Positions 1 to 13,020 of a stretch of DNA of 64,000 bases are shown here, piece by piece (position 1 is the first letter of the stretch; each line of letters starts with the position of its first letter). Location: contig OX597815.1 in assembly GCA_951406725.2 (NCBI GenBank), positions 122,698,001 to 122,762,000 of the forward strand. The letters run 5' to 3'. The notes below the pieces were generated by a model that had not been told where the DNA came from, ran no database searches, and saw nothing but the letters and a program-made list of their open reading frames with translations. The translations under genes and the position numbers were made by a program. The stretch is from Octopus vulgaris. Lineage: Eukaryota.

Positions 1-387
1 TGAGTTATTAACATCATGCCCTGAAAGGGTGACTAAAATGACAGTAATTTCATCATATTTGCACTAAACTGTATAGTTAAATATTCTTTTTTTTCCTTTT
101 CATTTTTTCTTTTCTTTTTTTTCTCTTTTTCCTTTCTTTTTCTTTTTACTAGTTGTAAACTTGAAAATTAAAGTTTGATGATCTCATTCCATCAACGTAG
201 GAACATTGGTTGCCCTCATTCAAATTTCTTGAATCTGAATTTCTATAGTTTTGAATTTTTATGTCTCACTTTTCATTTTAAACTCAGCAAAGACAGGCAA
301 GCTGTCAAAATATCATTCAACCAATAAAATATCTATTGCAATAGACATTGTACTCTTCATATTATTTTTTATTATTATTATTATTAC

Positions 388-813
388 CAGTGCCGGTGGC
401 ACACAAGAAAACCATCCGAACATGGCCGTAGCCAGTACCGCATCGACTGGCCTCCGTGCTGTGGGCACGTAACAAACACCATCCAATCGTGGCCGTTCGC
501 CAGCCTCGTCTGGCACCTGTGTCGGTGGCACATAAAAAACACCATCCGAGCATGGCCGTCTGCCAGCCTTGTCTGGCACCTGTGTCGGTGGCACATAAAA
601 AACACCATCCGAGTGTGGCCGTTTGCCAGCCTCGTCTGGCACCTGTGTCGGTGGCACATAAAATCACCCACTACACTCTCGGAGTGGTTGGCGTTAGGAA
701 GGGCATCCAGCTGTAGAAACACTGCCAGATCTGACTGGCCTGGTTCAGCCTTCGGGCTCCCCAGACCCCAGTTGAACCGTCCAACCCATGCTAGCATGGA
801 AAGCGGACGTTAA

Positions 814-845
<32 letters not shown>
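388..845 (+). mobile_element. RTE 3'-end repeat (truncated LINE or RTE-dependent SINE) with 63-bp tandem units
   Basis: Shares sequence with 44446-44780; ~3 near-identical 63-bp units at ~461-665; (GAT)n tail at 815-845. Confidence 0.8.
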
Positions 846-846
<1 letters not shown>

Positions 847-1050
847 AGACATAGGCTATTAAATCTTAGGACTTTTCCAAAAATTGCTGATGTATCATTC
901 AAAGAAAACCTTACAAAAATATTTTCAATGCTGATTATATTTGATTTATTTTTTAAATAAATTTGATAAAAAATTTTTATAAATTAAAATAGAATATATC
1001 CCATTCTAAATACTGATTATTTTACTTAATGTTTCTAATTGTTTTCTTAC

Positions 1051-1239
1051 CTGATTAAGGGATCCAAAGAACTGTATGGTCAATTTTAGTAAGAAATGGT
1101 ATTCAGTAACTCTAGCCTGGAAGCGTTGGTGCACCTTGACCAATTCATTTACAATTTGGTCCTTCTGCCCTTTTGTGTCTCCTTTTGAAGACAACATTTC
1201 AGCTGTGTTTATATGTTCTTTTATTTTCTCTTCAGCTTC
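1051..1239 (-). CDS. Exon 15, spectrin-repeat protein (gene continues beyond the left edge)
   Basis: ttgcag|GAA...CAG|gtaaga; 189 nt; EAEEKIKEHINTAEML...HQRFQARVTEYHFLLKLTIQFFGSLNQ; no stop codon reached. Confidence 0.9.
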
Positions 1240-1529
1240 CTGCAATAAAATATTGTCATCATTTTATCCATATGTTTAATCAAAGAGCAAATTAAACAAC
1301 AATACATGGAGATATTGCATTGAGACATGTATTCTTACCCAACACATATGCAAAAGAATAGATAAAGGTTGTAAGTGAATATATATAGTTATTACTAATA
1401 AACCAGTCACTAAAAATTTTATTGCCAAATTTTTCTAATTTATTATATATGGGTTGTAAATGAATATATCCAGTTATTACACTTTTATAGCCTAATTTAA
1501 TAATAAGGCAACATTAACTCATTCATTAC

Positions 1530-1658
1530 CTTTAATATCGGTTCATAGTCTTCTAATTTCTTTTGTAACTGTTCAGCTGTCTGTTTGTTTTCACTCACTT
1601 GACCAGATATATGGGGCATAAACAGTTCTTTTTCAATGTTTGTAATTGAAGTAATAGT
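1530..1658 (-). CDS. Exon 14, spectrin-repeat protein
   Basis: ttttag|ACT...AAG|gtaatg; 129 nt; TITSITNIEKELFMPHISGQVSENKQTAEQLQKKLEDYEPILK. Confidence 0.87.
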
Positions 1659-2077
1659 CTAAAATACAAAAAGAAACAATAGTTAAACAATTTAAAACTA
1701 ATAACATACATTCACTGATAGCAAATTATGTTAAGAAAATATTTATAAAAAAATTCCTTTTCTCTCTGAGCAAATTTAGTTTAATATTCTATATCTAAAA
1801 AAAAACATGTACCCTATTTGATGGTATATAAGACACCTTTTGTCCCAAAGGATGTCTCAAAAAATTGTCTAAGATCTTACATGCAAAGTTAAGCCTCCTA
1901 TAAATTAATTTTGTTCCTGGCAATCACTTTTATCAGAATATGCACTGATGAAATTGGGGTGTGCCAAATATGCCAGTGTATTTTTTATGCCATCAAATAA
2001 GGTAATTTAATATGACATAATTGCTCAAAATTAATATATAACACTTTTTTTTATAAAAAGAAATAAAATCCGTTTAC

Positions 2078-2257
2078 CTTTCTAACTTCTTGGATAAATT
2101 GATGCCATTGAACTTTAAATTGTTGACTGGAAGAGACACGTTGCTGCCATATTTCCCATTGTTCAGTAAGGGTAGTTATATGGCTGCGATATTCAGTTAG
2201 TATTTTTTGTACCAAGGTTACTGATTGGGCAACATCTAAGTTTGAGTCTTCAGTAAC
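2078..2257 (-). CDS. Exon 13, spectrin-repeat protein
   Basis: ttgcag|GTT...AAG|gtaaac; 180 nt; VTEDSNLDVAQ...LTEQWEIWQQRVSSSQQFKVQWHQFIQEVRK. Confidence 0.9.
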
Positions 2258-2924
2258 CTGCAAAAACAAAATTACATGTTTTAAGAGAGAGTAAAATAAC
2301 TTTTAATATCTAATATATTTTAAGATACTGTGAAATTTAGAACAACATTTTTAAGCCAGAGTCCTTTTATGATCTATTGATGGATTAATATTATGTCCAG
2401 AGCCATCTTAGCAGCATCATGATGCCACACCCCACTGGCAAATCAATGTACTAGGTCCTATATTTATGAACAGCAAGTCACAGTATACATTGATTAGAAT
2501 TGTGCCCCTAGACCTGTGTGGCACCCAAACAATTGCCTAGTCTGCCCATGCCTTAAGATAGCAGTGAACAAATCTTGAATTTATACCTATCTTTAGCACT
2601 TAACTTTCCATAGGCCTATGAGGGAAAGTCTGTGGTCACCTGATCTAGAAACAGCAGCCAAATTCTTCCCCACCTAATTACACCCTGCTTTTGGGTATGG
2701 AAGAATGAAGGATATATTAGATAATCATAATTGTTTTAATGTTCACTTTTTCATGATTGCATGGGACAGACAGAATTTCTTGAAGCATACTTTCTATGGC
2801 TGAATACCCTTCTTGTCACCAACACTCATCTGTTTTCAAACAGGGTAATATTTCCCCATGGTTGGGCATGATTTCAAGGATCATTGGAAACAAGCAACAC
2901 TGCTTCTATAATGGTAATGCTGGT

Positions 2925-3195
2925 TTAACCCACAGTTGCTGAAGCATGGAACAAACTGCCAGCATCAGTTGTTAGTTGTCGGAGCACTGCATTCTTCAAA
3001 ACTTCCATGCTTTCTGAGATTTGCCAACACTACACCTGATTTTCTCCCCTCCATACACACACAAGCATGTATCTGACTCATACATTGTTCGCTTTCCAGA
3101 CATTTGTACATTACTGCATATACTTTATATGCACTTTCTGACAAGTTGTGGTGCACCTGAGCACTATACAATAATTTCATTATCATTATTATATT
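2925..3195 (+). mobile_element. CR1-like LINE 3' end
   Basis: VAEAWNKLPASVVS C-terminal motif, UTR and short (ATT)n tail. Confidence 0.6.
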
Positions 3196-3815
3196 AAATA
3201 CAATGAGCTTCTTTCAGTTTCAGTTAACCAAATCCTTACACAATGCTTTGATTGGCTCAAAGTAGAAGGCACTTGGCCATAGTACTGTGCAGTGAGACTG
3301 AGCAGGAAATCGTGTGATTAAAAAGTCAACTTCTTAACCACACAGCCATGCCTGCATCTAAAATATTATTTAAATATTCATATATAAGTAAATAAAACTT
3401 GATGCAAATTTCGAGATTATATAAGTTGTTATTGTTGTTGTACTTTTTTAGTCACAGGTCAGCCCTAATTGAGCAGCTCTATGATTTCAGTTGTTACAGT
3501 GATGATCCTTTGATCATAATTTTTTGAGATAGTGAACTACATTACCAAATAATTTTTTGTTTATGATTCTTCCTTTTTTTTAAGATAAGTGACAGTAATA
3601 TAAAAAAGATTTGATTGTAATTTTAGTAGGTTTCTAAGCCTACATAGAGAATCACACACTGTGTTATGTAGATGTGAGTCCCATCTGATACTGACGCTTT
3701 TCTTTGTTCTTCATTTTATATATTCACAGTTTTTTTTTTTTTGCTTTTTTTTTTTTGAAAAGGAATAAAAGGTTACTAGAAAATTAATTGAATTGTATAA
3801 AAAGTGAAAATTTAC

Positions 3816-3986
3816 CAGGGAAGTTTTTTGTAGGAATTCACTTCCTTTTTCTTGCAGGTCATTGTGGATTTTAATAGTTTGTGACCACATTTCCAGCAAG
3901 TTTTTCACCGCATCTTCTGTAATATCTTGTAAATCTTCTGTTTCTGATTTTAATACGTTTTCAAAGATTCCAGAAGAAGCGGCAAG
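3816..3986 (-). CDS. Exon 12, spectrin-repeat protein
   Basis: tacag|CTT...CTG|gtaaat; 171 nt open frame. Confidence 0.87.
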
Positions 3987-4969
3987 CTGTATGATAGAGT
4001 TAAAATAAATGTCCTCTTAATTTGATCTATTAAACTGAATATATGATTATATAATGTATCTTCTTTAAATTATAATTTGTTGAGGTTTTACATAAAAATG
4101 TAAATAATAATGATAACAGTGAAATAAATAAAGACAAATATAGTTAATAAACAGAGAACAGAGAGTAAATATTGTTTAGCTATCATCAATATATTGTGAA
4201 TACACAATGAAGCAAAGTAGTACTTTCTTTTCTCTTTTACCATATGGCTATTTCAAGTTATCCTATCTTATCTAGTTATCTAAATCTCTTTTCCTCATGT
4301 TTATATCTGCTTTTATTTTCTTATTTTCCTTCTCTATATTTTTTACTTTCTCTCTCATTCACTTTATACCTTGACAGATGTAATTTTTCATATGACAGAA
4401 ACTGTAATAAGATAGAAAAGGTTCTTAGTTTTGGAAAGAATTCTCTGCATAACTTATGTAGTTCTGTGTGTCAAAATGGTTTGAGGAAGGAAAGCATCAT
4501 GATGCAATATACAATAACCTTAAATTAGAACTGACTTGATATGGTTTTGATCATTTTTTCTTTTTATATTCTAATATAGTAATTAAAATAAATTTAACAC
4601 TTTAACACATGAATCAGCATTTATTACAATTGTAACATGAGAGAGAGAGGTGATTCTGGCAGAACTATTAGAGCATAGGAAAAAATGTCTTTTGTTCTAG
4701 CTTTTTACATTCTGAGTTCAAATCTTGCCAGGGTGAACTTTGTTTTTTTATATCTCTCCAGGATCAATAATATAAAGTAGCAGCCACATACTGAGGTTGA
4801 TGATATTAACTGCACTCAGTATTGCCAGCCTTGTGCCTAAATTAATAACAATTAACTACAGTAAAGAGATTTAACAGTAACGATAATTGTTTAATCATTA
4901 AATTGAGCATTTACAAAGACTAAGATTCTCATTGAATTTTTTTTTTCAGAAATTTAAACTAATACTTAC

Positions 4970-5161
4970 ATTTTGTATGATCTTATGAAATGAAACAAAG
5001 ATGAGAGACAATTCAATGCGAAGACTGATGATGTGTTGGATTTTCAACCACTGTTGATGCAATGCCTCATACATTTCTTTTGCTGCTTTACTCTCTTGGT
5101 CCCCTGACTGAACCAAGGCGTCAGTAGCATCAGATAAGGCCTGCATGTCAGTAGCCTTGCC
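4970..5161 (-). CDS. Exon 11, spectrin-repeat protein
   Basis: ttttag|GGC...AAT|gtaagt; 192 nt; GKATDMQALSDATDALVQSG...LHQQWLKIQHIISLRIELSLIFVSFHKIIQN. Confidence 0.92.
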
Positions 5162-6383
5162 CTAAAATACCAAGCAAAAATGTTTTGTTATAAATGAAGT
5201 CTATGAAAATTTATCAATGAAGTAAATTAAAATACTTTCGAATCTTACAAACAACTTGTAAACAGAAAAAAATTTTGAAACTGTGAAAATTTTTGCAAAT
5301 AATCAATTACAAACTTTTAAAACACTATACTCAAGCAAAAAAAAAAAAAAGACAATTATTATTTTCAGTGCTGATTTAATTTTTACAAATATAAATGTAG
5401 GAAGGTTTGAAAAAATATTAGAAACTGAGCAGTCAGGTTTATTTTTTTATGTTTGTGGTTTGTTTTATGCATAACTTTTATAGAAAATGCCTTTAAAACA
5501 CTTCACTAAAACAAATAAATGCTCTTTCTTTTTCTTTTTAGGATTTAGATGAGAAATATCTGTAATACTTCCTAAACAGAGGAGCAAATAGGGAGAAAGA
5601 TTAACAGAAATGTTCAGAGTAAACATCTGCAGTTTTCAACACAATCAGAGTAATAAGAAAAGGAGAGATGTATGAGACAAGTGAATCTGTGAAGGTTGTG
5701 ATACAATCAGTAAGTTTACAAGAACAAAGTCATTTTGAATTAACCATAGCAAATTCAGATGTGAAAGATTTCAGCAGTGGAAAAGGCCTGAAGCTGGTAA
5801 ATGGAAATTTATTTACCAGGCAGGCAATTTTTTAAATGATCTAGAATGAACAGACCTACACTTTGAACAATGTTCTGTAATAAGCAGAACTTATGTCATG
5901 GCCGAAATATTTTCTGGTCCAGATAAAGAACTAGAAATTCACAAGGAACAAGAAGGCTCATCTGTAGCTGGAAAATATTAGAGAGCTTGCAGATTTTATT
6001 AATGAGAGATGGCACCACATTTGATAATGGTGAATGATTTCCTGTAGGTATTGCAAGCTGTCTGTTATACTTATACAGCGCAATGTAGTTGTTTATTATT
6101 AGATTAAAGGCTTAGATTATATTTTCTGGATTACAGAATAATCAATAGAAAATCCACTAATTAGAAGATATGAAATACTAGGATTTATGAAGCAGGGGTT
6201 ATTCCTATGTGAAATGTGATGCAGTAATCAGGCAATAACTATGACATCTACATAATTAAATGAATAGTGATAGGGGTAGGCTTTTAAAAGAAATATAAAT
6301 TCTTTCCAAAACTGTATTATCTTTTCAATTATAACACCTTGCTCCCACAAAAATGCTTAAAACATCTTTTAAAATTATCTTAC

Positions 6384-6506
6384 CCTGACATCTTCGTTTA
6401 ATTGTTGATGGATTTCTAAGAAATCCTTTGCATTTGCAAGGCTTGAACCCAAATCCTTATGCCGACTGAGAGTAGCCAGGCCTATCTGTGTTAACCAAGC
6501 ATGTAA
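6384..6506 (-). CDS. Exon 10, spectrin-repeat protein
   Basis: ttgcag|TTA...AGG|gtaaga; 123 nt; LHAWLTQIGLATLSRHKDLGSSLANAKDFLEIHQQLNEDVR. Confidence 0.92.
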
Positions 6507-7254
6507 CTGCAACAAATATATTTAAAACATATAAAAAATCAAATATATAAGATACATATATAGAATTAAAGATAAACAAAGTGTATAATATTAATCTACA
6601 ATCAAAATCTTAACTTCTATCAATAGCAATACAAATAATATTGACTCAAAGTCTTATGATACATGACACAGGGTGATTTCTCTTTCACAAATACTCTTTT
6701 ATAAGATATCAATAGGGACACTTGTGTAGAGACAACCATAGTGTATAAAACTATGAACAATCTACCACCAGAAACCCTTTATGCATTAATGTAGATTTCA
6801 TCTTGATCAGCAATGGACTATCACATGTTTGTGAAGACAGCTTTTGAAGATCCATACAAAAGCTGCTACAACAACTGTTACCACCATTAATCATGAGACA
6901 GAAAGAATCTGTGGGACATGAGAAAATGCTAAATCCCTTCTCGACAATGCTTTAGATAAGATAGGAAAATATTAGGCACAGCCACATTCAATGTTGCCCT
7001 TTTGAACAGCCAGAAAAAATAACTGTCAATAGTCTACAGTACACATTATAGAGCAATGTATAGGATCTGTGTGGAGAGATGACAGGGAGTGGGGAAAACA
7101 GATAATCTACTTCAAACAGATTTGCTTCATTTCAGGCTATTTTCTCCCTTTTCTTTGTTTCCATTTTAATTTTTGATAACCAAACAAAATTCACAACAGT
7201 TTTACAAGTAATAAGAATAAACCTAAAATGTTTAAATGAAGCGAAGTTGCTCAC

Positions 7255-7368
7255 GTTTTTGTATTGTTCTTGGAACTTCAGATAGGCTTGATTCTTCTCC
7301 CAGGCTTCGGCCTGTCGAGCCTTACAGTTTGATTCAACTCGAGCACAACATTCTTGCAGTTCAGCATA
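7255..7368 (-). CDS. Exon 9, spectrin-repeat protein
   Basis: ttcag|TAT...AAC|gtgagc; 114 nt; YAELQECCARVESNCKARQAEAWEKNQAYLKFQEQYKN. Confidence 0.85.
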
Positions 7369-7744
7369 CTGAAATTTTTAAACAAACCGAAGAAAATGAA
7401 AATTATTTTACCAATGTCATTTTAATCATTTTTTTTTTTTTTCATATTTCTATTTTTTGATTAAAATACTCTATGAAATGCTTTTTACATTATCTCTGAA
7501 CTTGTCAGTTACATTAATACTAAAAGTTATTTTATATTTAGTTTCATTAACTAGATACTTTTTAGATATTTAATTAGATACCAGCATGTAGGTTGTGACT
7601 ACTGTTGGAGGCATTGCCGTCAAACAAATATTTTCAAAATTGTTTCAATTCTTTTAATTTAAAAATGAATCCTTTTGCAAATGGAAATTTAAATGGTTTA
7701 TAAAATATTTAGATATTATCAAGAGTAAAACGCTGAAAATTTAC

Positions 7745-7942
7745 CTTTTGTCTAACTCCATTAGCCCCAGAATCGTCCCTACCGACCCTCTCAAGTAGGA
7801 TACGACCCTCGTGAAGGGCTGCAGTGGATACTTCCACAATGGTGTTAAATAATTTGGTATGCTCTTCTGCAAGAGCTGTGCTATTCCTTGGTAAGTCCAT
7901 GGTGTTAAGTTGGACTTCAATTTGCCCCAGCTTTGTTAGAGC
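7745..7942 (-). CDS. Exon 8, spectrin-repeat protein
   Basis: gacag|GCT...AAG|gtaaat; 198 nt; ALTKLGQIEVQL...ALHEGRILLERVGRDDSGANGVRQK. Confidence 0.92.
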
Positions 7943-8299
7943 CTGTCATAAACAAGAAGAAAAATATAACAAAATTGAAGAGAAAAATAATGTAAATTTA
8001 AACAAATTATAAATTTGTAACTTAGTGAAGAATTAGCATATCAAGAAAAAATAATGCGATTTGTTTAATGTTTAACTCTTTTGATCAAGACCAACTCTGG
8101 TTGTATGACAAATTCCTATTTTAAATAAATCTAAATTAAAACCTTCCATCAAAATTTTATGTAAGCTTATATCACTTTAAATATCTTTCAAAGGTGCTAA
8201 TGTTATATTTGTTATTTTTAATTTTATAAAAAATATCAGCACCATATATATATATATATATATATATAACAACACACACATACATATATATATCACATC

Positions 8300-8534
8300 A
8301 AAAGCATCATCCGAATGTGGTCAATGCCAGTGCTGCCTGACTGGCTCTCGTGCTGGTGGAACGTAAAAAGCATCCACTACACTCTCGGAGTGGTTGGCAT
8401 TAGGAAGGGCATCCAGCTGTAGAAACTTTGCCAGATCAGACAGGAGCCAGGTGCAGTCCACTGGCTTACCAGTCCCCAGTCAAACCGTCCAACACATGCC
8501 AGCATGGAAAATGGACATTAAACGATGATGATGA

Positions 8535-8538
<4 letters not shown>
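8300..8538 (+). mobile_element. RTE 3'-end repeat copy
   Basis: Same family as 388-845; (GAT)n tail. Confidence 0.75.
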
Positions 8539-8577
<39 letters not shown>

Positions 8578-8925
8578 CATACACACACACAAATAAAATA
8601 TTTGGGCATATAAACAAAAGGTGAAGAACCCAACACATGTAGTTGAGATTATTCCTAAATTGGAAGTTGATGAATTTAATCATTTTATTACTATTAGTTT
8701 CTCACATTAATGCATTCATTCAGGTAGTGTAAATGAATGCATAAATGTAAGAAAACCATAGTAGCATTGAGTGTATCAACATTTTAACATATACACACAC
8801 ACACACACATGCATTCCTAGATGTATGTTTTAAAGTGCTAAAGAAAGTAGAAAATATATTTTCTACTATTCAATGTAAGAGCTATTTTCAAGAAGTCAAG
8901 CATTAAAATTTAGTTATAAGCATAC

Positions 8926-9117
8926 CGTCTCTGCTTGTTTGAAGAATGATAAAGCCATCAGCAAGTTCTTTCTTCTGTTGTCGAGTTTAATCATGAAAGT
9001 TTCACTTGTTTCGTCCACAGCCTGGAGCCTTTGGCGAACTCCTTCGGCATCGAAATTAGCTCGGCGAAGAAGTTGGTCTGCGGTTCGAACTAGTTTTAGA
9101 ACATTATCTTGTATATT
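8926..9117 (-). CDS. Exon 7, spectrin-repeat protein
   Basis: ttcag|AAT...ACG|gtatgc; 192 nt; NIQDNVLKLVRTADQLL...LDNRRKNLLMALSFFKQAET. Confidence 0.92.
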
Positions 9118-9349
9118 CTGAAAATTAAAAAGATATATTTCCATAAATTTCTAAAAATAAATTAGTACTAATCTAATTATACACAAATCACTAGCCACTA
9201 CACATTCTTTATTTTCTCTCCTTGTTTCTTTCTGTGGAAGAGTGTAGGCTCGAAACGTTAAAGACTTTTTCACTTCCCGAGCGTTATACTAATACATCTG
9301 TTTGTTGTCCACACCATCTGTCTTCGTCTTTTGTTATTTTGTAAATTCT

Positions 9350-9388
<39 letters not shown>

Positions 9389-10649
9389 GAGAGAGAGAGA
9401 GAGAGAGAGATAGATAGAACAAAGCCTTAGGTTCATTGCTACCTTGTTCTTTTTTACTTATCTTTCTTTTGAACAGTTTTCAAAACAGATGATATATTAT
9501 AGATTTTAAAATGTTGCTTGATTGTTAATGAGAAAAGAAAGAAGCATCAGAGGATGAGTATATTTCTAAGTATTTTTTAACATCAGAACAAAATTCCCAG
9601 TTTTCTGAGATGGCTTATTCCATTAACTTGTAACTAATTAGATTATGATCAACATTCCAAAAAATGTTGCAATCAACCAAGGAGCCAACCAGCAGAATGT
9701 TAAGGAAGTTGGTAATTAAGTAGCTCCTTAATGAGTTAACACTATGTGTGTTAATGTTACTTTCTTAGTGATGTTAATATTTGAATGAGCTTTGCAATCA
9801 AGCTTTGATTGAATCTGTACTTAAAAGGGTTAAATCACAGAATATATTCTTTTCTACTCTAGGCACAAGGCCTGAAAATTTGGGGAGGGGGCCAGTCGAT
9901 TATATCAATCCCAGTATGCAACTGGTACTTGCATTTATCGGTCCCAAAAGGATGAAAGGCAAAGTCAACCTCAGCAGAATTTGAATTGAGAACATAATGA
10001 TAGACGAAATACTGCTAAGCATTTCACCCGGTGTGCTAATGTTTCTGCCAGAATATATTTAAGTAACAAACTTCAAATCCAAATTTAATCATTTTTAAAT
10101 ATGATTTTTACATATGAGCCTTGTCATAAGTTTACATGTGATTAAAGATAAGACCTAATGGTAATCATACTTTTGTCAGGGATATTAGAGATGAAAGATG
10201 TGAAAACAAGATCACAGCTTCAGTTCATTGAGAACTTGCTACATACAGCTAACTCTAGATCATTCAACTCAAGTTATTTAAAGGAAAACTATATGAAATA
10301 AAAGAAAAAATCTAAAGGGGCCTGATGAAAGAAGGGTTAAGAAAATACTCCATTGATACATAGCTCATATTTGTCAAAGCTTATTATAAATATCATGTTC
10401 TTAAGCAAATCAACTTATGCTCATTGCATAAGTTATGACTTAACTATATCACAGTCGGACAGCAACTGAAATAACAAGAAGCAATTCCTGCTATGACAAA
10501 AGAAATTAATAATTTCTTTCAATGGCCACCAGGGCCAAAACAAGACAAAGTATTAACTAAATTCAGATAATAATCTAAAGTATTTCAGCATGTAAAAACA
10601 GGAAATTTTTAAAATATTTAACAAAATTAGTTATGAAGATTTTACATAC

Positions 10650-10769
10650 AATTCCTTCTTGTTCATATTTGTGGTAGGTATCAATTTCAGTTTGGGTTGT
10701 TTCGGATGAAACTCCCAGATCATTTCTTTGTAGGTATACTTCGCCAACCATGCGGTACCATTCCAATAT
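10650..10769 (-). CDS. Exon 6, spectrin-repeat protein
   Basis: ttttaag|ATA...ATT|gtatgt; 120 nt; ILEWYRMVGEVYLQRNDLGVSSETTQTEIDTYHKYEQEGI (spectrin helix-A W and DLG motif). Confidence 0.88.
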
Positions 10770-12092
10770 CTTAAAAGAAAAGACAGAGAAAAATCCAAGG
10801 TTAAATATAATAACCTGAATAAAAAGGAAAACTAATATACAATATTTTTAATATAACTATATGTCAATGATTCAAACATTTCAAAATATTTCACAAATTT
10901 TCTTGGAGGAAAAACACTCATTGTATCCAATAGCAAAGGAGATAAAGTTGACAAAAATATAAGGCCCCTAAGTAAAATAATTAACAGTATTTCATTTGGT
11001 TCTTTATAATTCTTTATAATTCAAGTCTTATCAATTTAAACTTTACTTTTTATAATTCTGCTTTGCATTAAAACTAATTAATGATAGTAAAACTAATTGT
11101 ACCAGGATTAAATCAACCCATGAAAACCCTTAACCTTGGGAAAATTGGTTTGTGTCTTAGGAATAAATCAAGATTTATAATTAGAAGAGTCTCAATGGCA
11201 TAATAATAAATAGATATCATTATTTTAGAAACAAAGATATATTTTCATCTCAATTGAAGAATATCAACACAATCTCAAAAAAGATGGAAAGAGTTAGAGA
11301 GTTGCAAAGCAGAAAGTGGATATTACAAAGGAGGGTGTACTTAAGTAACCAAGTTTCAGAATGAAAGGTGAGAAAAGAAAGGGACCTGGGCTCTGCTAAT
11401 GGACTGGGACAGTGAAGGCAAGTATTCATGATGGGTTAGGGGGCCAGAATGAGAGGACAAGAAATTACTGTTATTTTCATAACTTAACACATTTCATCTT
11501 CCTTTTTCCCTTACAAATATTTTAGAAAGCACTTCACATTATTTTTTCCATTTATTTTCATACTGCTTATTAAACTTTAAAGCTATTTCATTTTTCTGTA
11601 CATTTTCTCCCTTCACTCTATTTATTATGTCCTGTGTTCAAATGTCATGCTAAAATTTGTAACAGACTGTTTTTGATAACTTAGAAACTGTCTATAACTT
11701 CAGAATGTTTCTAGCACATTTTCAACCAATTCTAACAACATGGCAATATGAAAGTTAAAACTTGATGTTTAATCTTTAGTTTTCAGATTAATCTCTAAAT
11801 TGTAATACTTGTTTATTTATACTGTTTTGAATTAATCATGCATTATCTCTTATATTCAAGACTTCTATGATGTAATTGTTTATTTTCAAAATGACATTGT
11901 AGGGTAGGTATGAGAGGCCAGATCTGATCAGTTTGAATACAAAACAGGTAGAATAAGAGGCCCAGTTTAAATGTGAAAGAATTCAATCATATTTTTAAAA
12001 AGTAGCTTAAGTTATCAATATTACCACAAATTCAAAACTTTTAATATTTAATCAAAATATTATAATTTCATTTATGAGTTTAAAATATTTAC

Positions 12093-12337
12093 CTTGTTGA
12101 CTTCTTGGTCAAGTTTGCATAGTTGTAGGCATTGCTCAAGTTGCAATTTCTTTTGGGCCCACATTTCTTCAAGGTATCTACGTCGGTCATGAAGGTTCTC
12201 AAGGATGTGTTCTATTCCATAACAGGCTGCTGTTGTTGCATGGCGGTTTTGCTGGTCCGCATGCATGCCCATTTTTCTGACTTTGTCAAGGAGTTGTTGC
12301 CCTAAATCTAGAGTGTGCTTTGATGATTCAAGAATGC
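12093..12337 (-). CDS. Exon 5, spectrin-repeat protein
   Basis: tttttag|GC...AAG|gtaaat; 245 nt, completes the phase-1 codon; ILESSKHTLDLGQQLL...LHDRRRYLEEMWAQKKLQLEQCLQLCKLDQEVNK. Confidence 0.92.
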
Positions 12338-12911
12338 CTAAAAATAGTAATAACAATATTTCCATTTCATAAGCAAGAAAACCAATCTTCAGAATTATTA
12401 TCAGAGTTCTGAATAAATCATAAAATAAAAAATAAAACAAAAAATGTTTAAGCATTTTCTTTTTAATGAATTATAATTTTACTTGTTTAAATCACTGGAA
12501 TGTGGTCATACTGGAGCCCACATTTAAGAGTATAGTAGATCAAATCAACCCCAGTACTTCTGACAAACAAGTATATGCTGGGGATGGAAACCAACCAACA
12601 TTGATTATCCAGCAGTGAAAGACAAAGATACACACACAAATATATACACACACACACAAGCTGCTACAAAGTTTCCATCTATCAAACCACTCACAAAGCA
12701 TTGGTCAGCCTAGGGCTATAATAGAAGACTCTTGCTCAGGGACCATGTGGTGAAACTGAACCTAAAACCACATGGTTGTGAAGTGAATTCCTTAACCACA
12801 CACACTTTCCTATGGTATATAACAATGAATGTAAAGATAATCTGTCCAACAGTTACTTTTATCAAATGTATTAAAATGAAGTATTGTTTATTAAAAAAAT
12901 ATTGTAATTAC

Positions 12912-13020
12912 TTTTCTTGAGGTCTAAATGTTGTTGGAGCATATTTGCCACACTTTCAACATCTTTGGGAAAGGTTAAATCAAGACATATTTTCAAGGCT
13001 TGATCAAGTTGGATTCCAAA
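12912..13020 (-). CDS. Exon 4, spectrin-repeat protein
   Basis: cag|TTT...AAAA|gtaatt; 109 nt, phase 1; FGIQLDQALKICLDLTFPKDVESVANMLQQHLDLKK. Confidence 0.85.

Noticed and set aside
250-335. Possible exon 16 of the spectrin-repeat gene
   Set aside because: The candidate acceptors tested lead to in-frame stops; the next exon probably lies outside the window
313-797. Overlapping 100-137 aa ORFs and CRISPR-like periodicity
   Set aside because: Produced by 63-bp tandem units in an RTE-related repeat; no unique spacers, no cas genes, eukaryotic context
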